64,000 nt of DNA from Azolla caroliniana (lineage: Eukaryota; Plantae; Polypodiophyta). Location: positions 2,294,001 through 2,358,000 of the forward strand of contig JBHGNT010000002.1 of the NCBI GenBank assembly GCA_043228905.1. Reading direction: 5' to 3'. The notes under the pieces were generated by a model that was given only the letters and a program-made list of their open reading frames with translations, searched no databases and was not told the origin of the DNA. The position numbers and the translations under genes were made by a program. This document shows positions 22,261 through 36,800 of the stretch, piece by piece; the stretch's first letter is position 1; the number at the start of each line of letters is the position of its first letter.

Positions 22261-23066
22261 CAATAAACAAGAATTACAAAAATATATTCTAGGTTAGCCT
22301 AGATAATCCACTTTATGATTTTTCATAAAGTTAAATTGGTTCCCTAGTACATTGTAATATTGCCCTAAAATCATGGTTTTATTCAAAATTAAGTTTGGTT
22401 TTGTCTATAATGCATATTATTACATACTATGTATGTATATTTTATAATCACATTTTAATTCTTTCACAAATACTTGGATTATGTCACACAAGTTTTTTTT
22501 TTCCAAAAAGAAGCTACTTTTCCATTAGTTATGAGAGATTATTACAGAAGGACTATACAAGGTGGCTTATACATAAATCAAGGAATCACCCTCCGACCGA
22601 GTTCAAGAATATGAGTCTACGTACATATCCTTTCAAGATTATGTTGCACAAGTTGTTTTCAACATTGTTATTCTATTAAAAAAAGAAGTTATTGTTAAAA
22701 CATTATAATTTGTTAATAAATAAGATGCCCCATATTGTTACTTTGATCTCATAAACCATTTTGGTCTATTGAAAGATGTTAGATCTTTCTTTCTCCCAAT
22801 TGTTTAGCCCATTGTTCTTTAGGGAACTTTGAGCTTCCTAAGGTAGTTATTTTGAAGTTTTTTGTTGGGGACCTTCTAAGGAACAAGCCCTAACTATATC
22901 ACATTACAACTCAAAATCAAACCAACCAAGGTCTTGTGGATTCCTCTCATGAGCATATTTTCTAATAAAAGGTATACGATAAGTTAATAACATCTCATTA
23001 AATTTTCAGCCATCCCCTAAATTGTAAGTAAACGAATGACATGGCATTTCTTACAAGGCCCAAAAT

Positions 23067-23365
23067 ATGTCCAACTATAGGCTAATTCCACAATACAGTG
23101 GTTTAGAATTATCCAATGCACTAGGTAATAATTTTCCAATTACTAGATCGGTGAGACAAGGATGTCCTTTGGCTCCATATTTATTTCTATTCGTAGGAGA
23201 AGCCTTTAGTGCATTCTTGCATAAGAACAAGTCATCTATTAAGGGCATACAATGGCCACGTGTGGAGGAGATTGTGTTAGACTGTGAATTTGTATATGAC
23301 ACAACATTGTATGTTGTAGACAATGACAAAAATCTTTGTAATGTGCAAAATGTGATCCATGATTT
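23067..23365 (+). mobile_element. Older LINE, left part (RT fragment); left boundary approximate
   Basis: RSVRQGCPLAPYLF motif. The frame ...NVIHDF continues at 29894 as HDFCDALGAIINWHKS. Confidence 0.85.
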
Positions 23366-23576
23366 CTTCTTTTTTTTTCCAAAAGAGAATATACTCCATT
23401 AGTTAAAATATACATGAACATGATCCCTTTCTCAGGTAGGCCATGCCAAGATTATCCTAGCCTACATACGAGATCTCACTTATTTATCTTACACTTTTAC
23501 ATATGACTCAAGCCATCCTTTCAGATACATCACCTACCTTCACTATCCCACTTGCCATGTCTTTCACGCCCCTCGT

Positions 23577-26500
23577 TCAACTAATGGGAGGGGGAAACAA
23601 CCATCTGGGTACATCATACTTCCATAGTATATCCATTCCATTTGCTGCGGCCATCGGTGTCGTACACCATCTTTTTCGAAAATTCAGCCTCATTAGGTCT
23701 GCAGCATCATTAGTACCATTAATCTGCTCATATTGAGTTCTTAGTGTAGTTATGAGTGTGTGCCAAATTAGCTTAATCGATTCAGTTGGAGGGTGTTTGT
23801 GTGCGGAAAATACCCTGGTACACCTTGTTGTCCATATATGCCATATAGTAATGGGGGCAAGCAACATCCAAAGATCTTCAAGTTTTTGATTCTGTGCACA
23901 AGTTGTAGGTACCCCGTTGTCAGTGATCAGCCGAACAATGCCATTCTCCCCTCTGTACTTAGCATTGCATGTGCTATCGTATGTCGCCATATCAACGTCA
24001 AGACACATCCAACAAGCATGTCCCCAGTTGAGGGTGAACGAACTAGAGGCATGGCAAAGCAAACGAAGTGCCCTTCCCCATATAGCCATTGCATCGCGAC
24101 ATTCCCATAGACAATGGGAGATGCTTTCTATCTGTCCACATGCAGTACATCTAGGGTCTACATTGGGGCCTTTACCCCACGTCCCTACCGGCAAGGCTCT
24201 ATGTGCAATAAGCCATAAACACATCATTATCTTGCGGTCATATTTGTCATGCCATATCATTTTCCAGAATTTATCTAGTCTCCTTTCACATATGCCCTCC
24301 TGCATCCAAAATTTCCTTGCCGCAACCTTGTCATGTTTTTGTTCTAGAAAAATTTGCCTCCCAATCTTCGTGTTATACCTAAAAAATTGAACCAGCTTTT
24401 CCCCATCAGTTTGTCCTTGAGTTCTCCAAAAATACTTGGTTGGGTCCCATGATAACTGCTCCAAATGCCCTTCTATAGGCCAACACACTGTCGCCGGTGT
24501 GATTTCCCTTGGCTTAGGGTCAATACTCATATTCTTGCCAGTTTTTACGATCAGCCTAATCGGCTTTTCTCTTTGAAAGACTGGTTGCTCACCTCTTGCC
24601 CTTCCATGCTCTAGTTTGTAGTAGCATACCTCGTTCGATTCTACTTTCATTCCCTTAATGCCAATTAAACATTTTTCAGCATCTATAAGACCTGTCCACG
24701 CAATTTCAGAGGTTGTTACTTCTTCCTCTTCCAAGGTATTCTTGTAGCATGCAATGGCATCTGTAATTCTCTTGAGCATGCCTTTACCCCTGCTTATTCT
24801 CCATATTCTAGCCTTTTGAGTGCCCACCTCATTGGACAAAAACCTCTCCCACTCCACTAATGCATTCCCTTGGGCATTGATTAACTCAGCCCATTTGAAA
24901 CCTGTTTTTTGGCCTATCATCAGCCCATCCACATCTCTAATCAATGGGTTCCACACAATTGTCATGTATATCCGCGCATATGCATCATTTCTCCACCTAC
25001 ATATGATCCCCTTTCTGATTTCTTGCCATGCTTTCATAATTCCGATAACACAAAGACTCTGCATACTTCCCCCATATTTGGGCCTCATTTCTGGCACAAA
25101 GCCCCAAAATGGGCTGCTAGGCCAACATCCACCTTGTCTTGGTAGCCACATCTTCCATCTACGCCGCCATAGAACTTTCCAAGGTGCCTCAGGAGGTTGT
25201 AGGCTCCGGACCACTAGTTTGCCTAGCAAGGCCTTCGTTTGACTCACGGGATCTATCAATCCCACCCCCCCTTCACTTTTCCTTTTTATAAGTGTGGTCC
25301 AAGCAATCTTTGCAACGGCTTGTTTTTCCTCTGTGCCCCCCCATAAGAAATTTCTAATGATCTTTTTTAACAATTTCATCGACTTGGGCACGATTATCCA
25401 GCATGCAGCAGTGTGCCATATAGTGGCCATTAGAATCTGATTTGCAATCACAATCTTTCCCGCAAAGGATAGTTTTCTTGCATTCCACCATATTAGCTTC
25501 ATTTTTATTTTATCCACTAGGAGATTGTAGTGTTCTGCCCGATCAATGTCCATACCAATTTTGAAGCCCAAGTATCTAGTAGCTTCTCCTTTCCTCAACC
25601 ATCTAAAATTGGGGTCGGGGACCCAGTTTAACATGGGTTTATTATTGATCCAAATGCCCATAGATTTATTCCAATTTATTTTAGCATCGGATCCCCTACA
25701 AAACTCATCAATTGCATTTTGCAATCTGCCCAAGTTGTGTGCATCACCTTTGACATAGGTCATTGTGTCATCAGCATATGCCGTAAGGTAAGGTAAGGTA
25801 AGGCCTTGTATTTGCCAAGATCTATCAGCCATTTGATAATGCAAAGCTTCTGCTGCAATTATGTATAAATACGGGGCTAATGGGCATCCTTGGCGTACCG
25901 AACATAGCATCTTAAAGCTCTTCCCCATACTTCCAGCCATTAACACTTGGCTGGATGCACCTCTGTAGAAGGCACCCATTCCACGGATCCATTGTTGTTC
26001 AAAACCTAGGGTTGCCATCACTGCTTCTAGGAAATCCCATGAAATCCTGTCATATGCTTTTTCGAAGTCAAGTAGCATTACTGCTAGGTCCACTTCTTGC
26101 TCCTCAGCCCATGCTGAGTATTCCCAGAATGTTATCACATTGTCCACAATACTCCGGTTTTCCAAGAAACCAGTTTGCGTAGTATGTATAATGTCCCCAA
26201 GTACCATTTTCAATCTCTTACTTACGACTTTGGCCATTATCTTATATGCATTGGTGAGGATCGTCAGTGGTCGCCAATTATCAAGCGTTGCTAGGTCTTT
26301 ACCAGCCTTGAGTATTAAATAAATCATGCCTCTACACATTGTTGTGGGCATTAGTCCTTCTACCATAATGTGTTGCATCCCTGCCAGCATGTCATCCTTA
26401 ATTAGATCCCAATACTGGATGTAAAAGTATAGAGGAAGTCCATCAATTCCTGCACAGCTTTGTTTGTTCATATCCCCAATAGCATCCCACAATTCATGCA

Positions 26501-27908
26501 TACCTATAGGGGTATTTAGTTGGTCCATCATTTGAGCCGTAACTTTCCTTGGTATCCTCTTTATTATATTTCTAAAGGCAACCTGATGAATCAGATCCTT
26601 ATTGCATACATTTAGTAGTTGAGTATAATAGCTTGTGGCTATTTCAAGCATTTCCTCTTTGCACGAGGTCATTGTGCCATCTGTCTTTTTTAAGCATGAA
26701 GGTTGAAACCCAGATCCTTTGCATTTAACACCTTTAAAAAAACCTTTAGTAACCCGATCTCCTACCCTCATCCAGCTTGCTGCCCTACTTCGATAGGCAT
26801 AGGTACTCCTAAGTTTTTGGTACCTCTCTAATTTGCTTTTCGCCTCCTCAAGTTGCGCCTCAATCCATACATTATGTGGGTATAATTCTCTTAGTCGTTG
26901 CATAGAAGCAAGTGACCATTGCATTCTCTACATTTTCTCTCTTATCTCTTTTCTAATTTCAATCGCTTTTTGTTGAAAAAACCTTGCACATGCCTCAAGT
27001 TTCCCAGCCAGCCTATGAGCAGGGTCAAGGTACCTCCATCTGATATCATACCATATTTTCTGTATATCATCGGTCCATTTAGTATCCTTAACCAATTCCT
27101 TACACACCTTCACATTATGTGGCTTGCAGTGATTGTTTTCTTGTATGTGTAACAGAATTGGGGCATGATCAAAGAACATTGTACCCGGGCAAATAATGCA
27201 TCTACCTTTCCTATCCATGAGTCGAGGGTCCAAATACCATCTGTCCAGCCTAGACATCGTCCTCCCGTGCACACTTCCTCCTACTCTAGAGTAGCGAAGA
27301 GATTTTTCTTTTTGCATTTGAAAGTTAGGGGCATTCCAACAATCTATCACATTATATGCTAAACAAAACTTATCCCATGCATTCTTCTCTGCCCCCTGTA
27401 CCGTTCCATTTGCATTGCCTCTTCTATCTTCTGGATGCTCCACCATATTAAAGTCTCCTCCAATGATCCACAACTCAGCATCTGGTTTCTTGGCCACTAG
27501 TTGCAACCAGAATTCTTGTCTTTCAACAGCTGAATTTGGGGCATAAATGTTCAGTATGCCCAAGTGCCCACAACTATGTTTTATCCTTATGTAGACAGCA
27601 CGACCCTCTATTAAACTACCCCTGCCTGTACAGTCAGCAGTAAACTTAGCTTTCATAGCTATAAGTACTCCCCCCTGAATCTACCTATCTCCTGTAGCTG
27701 TTGACCCTGTATTGGTCCAGTTTCCGGGGCAAATGCTTCCTATTTTATCGATCTTGTCCCCGTCTAGATGGTGCTCCTGCACCAAGATAATATCAGGCAA
27801 CACTGCCTCAGTGCATCGCTGAATTTCAGCAGCCAACACATTCTTTTTCATCTGGAATTGGGTGCCACCAATTCCTTGTATATTCCAAGTTAGCAAACTG
27901 AGATTCAT
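23577..27908 (-). pseudogene. LINE ORF2 (APE endonuclease, RT, zf-RVT), one frame with 2 premature TAG stops (27681, 26928)
   Basis: TWNIQG, VQEHH, NIYAP, GGDFN, SRLDRW, DHAP, NWRPLT, DFEKAYD, RQGCPLAP, YADD and CTAC...SHCLWEC. Confidence 0.92.
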
Positions 27909-29783
27909 ATAAGCTGCAACTTCTGAGGCCCAGCCAATGCATTTTCCGCTTCCAATATGGTAGCTAATATCCGATCTTGGAGATTTTCCTCCTCCAACTG
28001 TGTCAACATTTCAGGGACGTATACCATGAACTCCGTTATCAGATTAGGAAGCTTCCTAAATTTCACATTTATGAAGCATATGCCTTGTTCATTCGCCTTG
28101 CCCGAACTCCAAATCAAGGCATCTTTCCATTGTCTTTTCATTTTCATCCCTATTGCGGTACCATATGATGCGTCTACATATACATCCATTTGTTGTTCCA
28201 AACACCCGAGGGCTTCTTCTCTACTATGTGGCTCCTTAGTTCCCAAGGCCAAAATATAGGACAGACCAGCAACCCCTCCATCACTACATTTGCCATATAT
28301 ATTGACTCTACATATGTTGTCCTTCTTCATCTCACTTCCACATAGTTCCTTGAACCACTTTTTGCCCGTTAGATTCACTTTGATCTGTTGTCCAGTATTC
28401 GAGAGGGGGCCCGCCTTGTATTGAAGATTCCAGTTCACTCTTGGCCATTTACGCATCCCTTTATTTTTTCCATCCCCTTCATCTCCTCTTTTTTAGCACG
28501 CATGTGCCTTTTCATTTTTGCTATCCCCTTAATATCTAGGGTTGTCACCAATGACTTAGATTGCTCTTTCAATGGGCTTACGACCTTTCCTATGTTTAAT
28601 TCTCCTACCTCGCCTATACTTTCATGAAGCATCTAGCCAATAACATCCCCTACCAAGTTGTCCTCCTGGTGTAGTTTCGTCATATCATTAATTACTTCCA
28701 CATAATTACTCTCATGAGTTGCCTTCGTTCTTTCTTCCCTTTCATTAGGTTTGTATTCATTGTCCTCTAAGGTTAAGAGCGCATACTTATTTCTAAGTGG
28801 GAGCCATCCTTGTCCGCCCATGACTTTTTGTTTGCCTTTATAGGTGTTATGTTTCCATCCATCTTCATCTTACTCAATGCATGGTTCATTCGTTGATTTT
28901 TCTGTTGCATCAGACTTGTTTTACATTTCTGTCCTTGCTTCCCATTTCCATGATGCATGTTCTCCTTTCCTCTAGGGCATTCTCGGGCCATGTGCCCCAT
29001 CTGTCTACATGCAAAGCATTGCCCTGGGAGTCCCACATACTCAACAGTTTGTACATGGTCAGCCATTTGTTTACTGCTCAACAACATTGATTGCGGTAAG
29101 GTCTTTACATCCGAAACAATTAGTTTGATCCTCGGTGTTTCACTTATTCTCTCCGCAAGAGTCTTTTCCAGGCATTGACCTCCCATACTTTTGCCAATGG
29201 CCGGGAGAAAGGATTGCCATTGCTTAGGTAAACCAGGAAAAAATGTCGTTACCACTGTAGGATTGCCTATATAAGCATCAGCTTTACATATGTCAAAGTC
29301 TGCATCCCAATTGAATACATAGGCCCTCGCATTGTGCCAAATCAGTGGGCTGCTCTCAACAATTTTGCATACATTCGTTTCCGGCATCACTACAACATGG
29401 TAGAAGCCCTTTCCCATAAATGCAATGTCCTTCAATCTACCAAGGTCTTCTTGTAGACAACTTTGCAGCCAATCACGCAATATTGCTCTATTGGGTCGAC
29501 TACCCACCACTTTTACCACAAAGGATTCCCGTTTAAGACGTGTTAATTCACTCTCCATTAGGCATTCTTCCTCCAGGGAGAGAACAAAGGCTCCCATTGC
29601 ATGCATTGAGGGACCATTTTGATTGTCCACCCCTTGTGTTTCCTGTTCAGTTTCAACATCAATGCGATTAAATAGATGTTCGTGACATACCTGTGTCCCA
29701 TTGATGTCCAAAAGGTTTGGGGCTGATGTTTGTGCAGGCTCTGAAGCAGCCGAGTCGTTTTTCGAAGATCCTTCTGCTGCCAT
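27905..29783 (-). pseudogene. LINE ORF1 (DUF4283-like region plus CCHC knuckle), with 2 frameshifts and 1 stop
   Basis: Pieces 29783-28773, 28821-28633, 28632-28435 and 28456-27905. Motifs MGKGFY and CFACRQMGHMAREC. Confidence 0.8.
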
Positions 29784-29893
29784 CGCTCCTCACGGCTGAG
29801 TCGTAGGACGATGTCATTGACAATGTCGTTTGATCCTCCCTCTGCTGTCGGTGCCTTTGTTACTCTGCTATCCCGTCCCCTCTGCTGTCGGCG

Positions 29894-31271
29894 CCATGAT
29901 TTTTGTGATGCTCTAGGTGCTATTATTAATTGGCACAAATCAGTGGGAGTTTGGGTTGGGGGAGGTCTCACTCCTACTTGGTGTCCAGACGTTGGATACC
30001 AAAAGGCTCTCCAGTGAGATATTTAGGGTATCACGTGGGAATTAATCTTCCCCACGAAGCTCATATTCAACCATTACTACTTTCTTTGAGGAAGAAATTA
30101 ATCTTTTGGAGTTCTAAGAGTTTATCATTGGCAGGGAGGCTAGTTATTTTTAATCTAGTAATACTCTCCTCAATGTGGTATATTCTGTCCTCTTGGTTAT
30201 TCTTCATATCTTTGTTGCCAAAGTTACAACGGTTGATTAGAAATTTCTTATGGGGTTCTACTAATTTTAAGAATGTTAGACCGAAGGTAGCTTGGAAAAC
30301 TATTATAGCGCCGATCTCTCAAGGGGGTTTAGGTTTCGTAGATCCTCTTATGCAATGTAAGGCACTATTGGAAAATTTTATAGAGCGAGGTTTACTACCA
30401 AGAAATGGACCGTGGAAACTGCTTCTTCATTTAAGAATGAAAGAGTTCTTCCCAAAAGCTGGAGGTGAATGGATAAGGTCTTTTCAATGGTGGTTTATTC
30501 CTAACTTTCATTCGCATAAGATAATATTTCATAATGATAGGTTCTTTGTTGTGATAAAGCGAGCTTGGTGATCCCTAAAAGTCTAGCCCAGTTCGATGGA
30601 TGAATGGTTACATCAACCCTTGGTTTGGAATCCTTTATTTCTAGGTGATGAAGGATCTATGTTTGGGAGGAGAGTAAGAATAAATTGGGCTCAAGGATAT
30701 TACGTTTATTGCATGAGGTATATGGCTCTAGAGTATATAAATGGGGAGTAGTGATGTGGGCTGCTATTAAGGGTAAGGTACAAGATTATGAACAAGAAAA
30801 GGTTACCCTTTGCATTACATACAAGAGGTCGATATGTTGAGGAAGTGTCGTCGTGTATGCCTAGTAATTCAGTACAAAATGGGGTGGTTTGGGAGACTAT
30901 TAGTGCCATAACATTGTGGGTTTTGTGGACTAGTAGATGTCGAACGATACTTCAGCAAATGCAATGGAATGTTGTGGATGTAGTCAAGGAGATTTGGTTT
31001 ACCTTGGTGCATACACTAAAAGGAGAATATGACGCTATCAAGGGTGATTCAGATACAGTAGTCTTTCAAAAGAAAGAGGTTTTTAAGAAGAGATGGGAAA
31101 GGATGAATGTACTTTACATGGTTAATTGTTGTATACGTTGGAGGTATCAGCCACCTCTCTAGGTATTTCCTCCACCGATATGAAACATGTGGATATGTTA
31201 ACTGTTATTGGTTCTGTCTTGGGAGTTATGTATGTCAATGGCAACTTATGAGTAGTTTAAAAGAAAGAAAT
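29894..31271 (+). mobile_element. Older LINE, right part (RT C-terminus to 3' end), degenerate and internally deleted
   Basis: YLG, LSLAGRL, RNFLWG, GGLG, LWVLWTSRC and RWRYQPP motifs. A-rich end at ~31259. Confidence 0.85.
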
Positions 31272-31419
31272 AACTGAGATTTTGTGCAATCTCAAGGCTT
31301 GGGCCAAGAAGAAAGACATTCGAGACTTATTTTCTAATTTGTTGATTATATTAAAAGAAATTATGGCAACATGGCTTAACTAGAATTTTGCCCTTCGAAC
31401 AGTAGAAAAAGGATAATAA

Positions 31420-32220
31420 GTGAAATCTGAAAACAAGGTTTGGAATGCTCTTATGTATGCATTTGGAAGAAGTTTGTTTCTTCTTATGTGATGGATGGTG
31501 TCATTGTTCTTCAAATCTTGCATTCAAGATGTGATTTTCATGTTCGAACACATCTGAGTTAAAAGAGAGGAAAAGGGTTCGGAACATGATCTTGTAATCA
31601 CTAATATGCTAAATGATATGTATGCAAAATCCCATTTCTTCCTATGAGATGGATGGAGTCATTGAAACATGTGGGGGGGGGGGGGGGGGGATGCTCTTAT
31701 GTATGCATTCGGAAGAAGTCTGTTTCTTCTTATGTGATGGATGGTGTCGTTGTTCTTCAAATCTTGCATTCAAGCTGTGATTTTCATGTTCGAACACATC
31801 TGAGTTAAAACAAAGGAAAAGAAAACCATATTGCCATCGCTCAACTAGGTATCAACTTGAATATGCTCATTACAAGCACTATTGATTTTTATGCAACATG
31901 TGGAAGTTTATCATATGCATATAAATTGTTCAATGGGATGAGATACCTTAAGGTGGGTGTTGATCACATGGCTTTACATGAAGGCATGTTCATACATGCT
32001 AGAATCATGGATCGAGGCATAAAAAATGACTTGTATACCATAATTCTTTGCTTTAGTTTTACGTTGAATATGGAAAATAGAGGATGCTTGGTCATTGTAA
32101 ATGTGGTGGTATATTGGATGCATGTGATGACCCAAAGGTGGTATCTGGATATGTAATATGATCATGATGAGGAAGATTGATTTGGTTTGAACATATGCAA
32201 ATTCATGGTATGTTTCAACT
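31420..32220 (+). pseudogene. Decayed PLS-class pentatricopeptide-repeat gene fragments with an internal ~118-bp duplication
   Basis: VWNALM, DLVITNMLNDMYAK, STIDFYATCGSLSYAYKLFNGM and ALHEGMFIHARIMDRG are PPR-like. 31446-31563 is repeated at 31691-31810. Confidence 0.65.
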
Positions 32221-33434
32221 ATTGAGGAAGTGCTCAATCAAGTCTATCAAACGAATGATTCATGGCTAGCTATTGTCTTACACAAGACAGGTTGGGGAAG
32301 GATAATCACTTCCTTTCCATCATTTTGTATTTTATAGCTGATATGCTTTTTTAAACTAATGGAAGGATATGTTTTCATTAAAAAAAATTATACAATGCTT
32401 TATATCATAACATCTTATTAGCGCTTATGAAGATATTTCATGGATGTTGCATGTCAGCTTAAAATGTAAACATATGTCTTTTTATCGAGGGAGGCCACCA
32501 TACATTCTACATAGCACTTATATCATGTACCACATATTACACAAACCCTATTGTTATTTCGTTGGCCCAACTCTATGGGTAAAAGCATGAAATGTTTGTG
32601 TAGAAAGTGGTGTAATGGGCATTATCTTTGAATTCATTGAACAAAATGTGGGGTTTTAATAGCTACTCTTCATGATATGTTTCGAACAAGAGGTACATCC
32701 ACTACTTAAAAACTGTCGATTATTAGATATCTAGAAAAATAATTAAAAACTACCTTAAATTGTTGGGAAATTTTGTCCCCGATTGCCCCTATTACCCATA
32801 TGATGGTATTCACGAATTGCCATTAATGAGTATTTCACATAAATTGAATGGTATATATTTTTTTCTATCTTTATAGAAAGCAGATCTCGTATCATTCATT
32901 TATGAAATGCTTCAACTTATCTCAAACATGTTATAAATGCAGTGTCACAATCCATAGTTCCTTTCAATATTTTCAAGATTTTCTTCTCGTTTGCCTCTCT
33001 TATACTTGGTTTTATTGGCAAACAAGAGCCCATGCATCACATTGTCAAAAACAGCATATTTGATCATGTGTTTCACCTTTGGTTACGCACTCTTTGATTA
33101 TGAATTCACCTAGAAGATTTTAGGCATGTGGCTTGTTGATCATGTTGAAACTTCTTTTGAAAGAAACTCTAGTGGCACTCTCTTGCTTTCCTTCCATTCG
33201 ATAATATTAAATATATTCTAGAGAATTTCCTAAAAATAATATTGGATTATAAGGCATTCATCATACTTAGATCAATGTTCTATCATTCAATTACTTGGTT
33301 AGCTAAATCTCACACATAAAATACCACTTGACATATTGAATTTATGTTACATTTCTATATCACTAAATTTTGTCAAATCCAATAAATCCACCAAAACTGT
33401 TTTTCTCCTTCATCACGACTTCACAGATTGGTAT

Positions 33435-33802
33435 CCATTTGTCCGATAGAGCTTATGAGCGACCAAGGTGGACAGTTCATCGGCCAAGTGGTTGAAAATT
33501 TACGACATTCTACGTAGTAGTCCATACGAAGAGTACGTCGTATTACCCCCCAGGCAAACGAACTGGCAAAATCGACCAATAAAACGCTTCAGAACATATT
33601 ACGAAAAATTGTGAACGAGAACCAGACGGACTAAGACACAAAGTTGCATAGTGCTCTATGGGCGTACCGGACAACCTATAAGATGAGCATTCAGTCGACC
33701 CCGTTCCGGCTAGCCTTTGGCCTTGAAGCGGTCATGCCAATGGAGTTCTAAATTCCTAGCTTGCGACTACAAGTACGCGAACGGTTGAGTGAGCAAGAGT
33801 CG
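33435..33802 (+). mobile_element. Isolated Gypsy (Athila/Tat-like) integrase core fragment
   Basis: PIELMSDQGGQF...STSYYPQAN...ALWAYRTTYK...TPFRLAFGLEAVMP. GC-rich island in AT-rich surroundings. Confidence 0.8.
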
Positions 33803-36800
33803 TATAAGAAAAACTATCTCCAAGTTCACATATAGGTTGCCTTTTTTAATCCAAGTGATTGATATACGCAGTTTTACAATCCCCTAAAATCAACACCAAA
33901 ATAACCACGGGATGTATAAATTAATTTGCCTTTAAATCATTCATGCAAGTTAAGCAACAACTATATGTCACAGATACAAATTAAACCTAAGAAAACAAAT
34001 TATTGTTCAAGTTGCAAGACTAGACAAATCATGTTTCGCTCACAATTTGTATTGATCCTGATCATAAGATGAACAAATAAGGATACGAAAAGAGGTGAGA
34101 GGATTTGATTCAGAACAAGAAGTGGAGTATCTGTAATATTATGTGTCTTATATGAATGTGACAAAAGTTTACTGAATCCAAAGAAAGTCAATGTGCAATA
34201 TTAAGTATAGAGGGGTAGATTAGAATGTTACAAGTTACAACTTATGTGGCATGATGCCCTAAAGCACAATGTTAACACATTGCTTTTGTACATAATATAC
34301 GAGTCTTTACATGTCCTCAACCATTTCGTCTCATTAATTACAATTAACATGATGGTGTAGCAATAAAATTTGTGCTTTTGGAACATGGAGAATGTTGATT
34401 CAACTCTAACACGATGGGCTTGATATTGCATTCATCATAACATATATTTCTAATTGGAGTCATTAAAATAAATTTTCCATTCTTCTAGATTTGGGCACAT
34501 ACATGCACATTCTAAAACCATGATTTCAAATTTTCACTTTGCACACCCCCAATAATTGTTGCATAATCAAATAGCATGGTTGACAAATTGACTATCCACA
34601 ACCTAATAGTTGAAAACTTAGTATTACCTTGTAAAAGGCAATAGTATCAAACATATCATGGCATTGCCCTTTGGGCATGCCTAAAATTCCAAAGAAGAAG
34701 AGTCATTTATTTCATACGTACAAGTACAACAACATATTGTATCCATATACATTAATTATAGGATGGTACATTGCTAGCCTAGATAATGTGAATCTAAATC
34801 AATGTTATTTATTCTATTTGTTGTCGAGTATCTACTATCAACAATGTTGTGAAAGTACTTAAGACTATGCCATTTTCTTCACAACTCTCTCATTATTTTA
34901 GTCGCCAACAAGTTGTCATGTTTTCACAATTGCACATAACACTCTCAACATAGGATGAAGTTGTATTAAATAACGATCCTCCAGTTGCTATGTGCAACCA
35001 CCCTACCTCTTGGTTTCATCTCCTTATATGTATCAACTTTGGACAATCTAGACTCGTCTGTTTTTTTATCCTACCATTGTTGTACTCCACATGTACACTT
35101 GGAATCAATGGCAAACTACTCGAAGTTTGCACAAACGAAATTTCCAATACAAAAAATGATTGTTGAGGCACACGCATGTTCTTGCTTAGTTTTTTTGAAG
35201 AGGAAGATAAACAAATGTGCAATACATACGCTAATAGAGAATACATAAATAAGGACATACATTATCAACTAGAGAGAGAGAGAGATAGAGAGAAACACTT
35301 CTCACAACTTTTTTTCCTTTATTCTCAGTAACAAAGTAACCATCAATATCAACACCATTATGTCATCATTATGTGCATTTCCTTATCATCACTATAAGAA
35401 TCATTACCATCATAATATTTACCGTTACCTTTATTCCTCAACACTACCATAAGATAACCATATTCTTCTTCAAGAGCATCAATGTGTAACATTGTGGCAA
35501 GTCATTTGCTTCTCTTTGCCCACACTCTGGTTCCAAACATGTCATACAAATCAACATGTTTTCTCAAATTGGTGTTGTGAATTCATTTCCTTGCAAGTGA
35601 AAACAAACACTTTTCACCATGGATGCAATATCTTCTTGTAATGAGAAATCTTTACTTTCATTTTTTAATCATCACATTGCTTCCAACACTTACATTGCAA
35701 TTTGTCCTATAATGTATGAAATTTGTTCTCATCGCTTCATAGATTCAATCACTCCTTTTGTTGTAGTCCATGCTTCAAGGTCATGGTCATCACGAAGTTT
35801 CAAAAAGGATGACACCATAAGCCTCAACATCTCAAGAAGGTTTGGGAAGAACTCAGAGAATAACTAAATGCACCTTCTTGATTGGTTAATATTCATGCTA
35901 CAATAAAGGTTTTGTTCATTGTTTGATTTCAGTGAATTCCCATGCCAAATACATGAGGTTCATTTATTTATAGATATTTATGAATCACTTAAGTTACACA
36001 CTTGGAGATCATTTCCATCAAATGGCCTTAATATGTTCACAAATGTATGTGCAAACCTTAGACTATGTAGACCTTGGTTTTATTGGGACATTATATGAGT
36101 TATACTCCCCTTGCAACAGTCTATCATACTGTCATCATTGTTGTTTAAATCCTCATGTAGATGCAAATGTACTTAGATGGTAATGACCGTACCACAAGAT
36201 TATTCAAGAACAACAAGAAGAAAGTAAAAATCTACAGTAATTCAGAATTTTGTGAACCCATGGAGAGATCAAACCTTTAACCTAAAATCAATTGGTATCA
36301 AGTTCCTTCAATGAGATTGAGCAAGAACGAGACACTTGTATGATCACGTAGAGTTGGATTTATGTAGTTTCTATATTGTGTGGATAAAACCTCAAGGGGT
36401 AGAAGGCCTCATTTCATTATATTTTCTTATTCTACATCTAAATCTAGCATTATTATAAGCCATTTTCCAATCTAGCTTGTGCATTTGTGAGTAGGTTAGG
36501 ACATCTGGGTGTATACATGTGACCAATAGTTGGGTCTTGATAGAAATAATTTAGTTATCGTTTAGTTCAATAAGAGAGGAGAGTTCCCTTTTTTACACAT
36601 GGAAAACATCAAAATACATTGGCTTGTTGGGCATTTAGGAGAAAACTCGTAAGTATTAATACATGGTTATGATACATCCCTTCTGTACAATATATACTAC
36701 TAAGAGATGTAGTTTGGTAAATTTGATTCATGAAGCCACACCTCATGAGCTCGTGAGAAATACATTTAGGTTTGAGCATATATAATAGGCTTACGATTCA

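Larger units (their letters stand above)
23366..29893 (-). mobile_element. Full-length L1-clade LINE (~6.5 kb)
   Basis: ORF1 and ORF2, A-rich tail at 23366-23378, and a 9-bp TSD CCATGATTT (23357-65 and 29894-902). Confidence 0.95.

Noticed and set aside
32800-36200. Possible decayed Mutator/SWIM-type transposase on the minus strand
   Set aside because: Only vague coding-like texture. No motif could be reconstructed with confidence.
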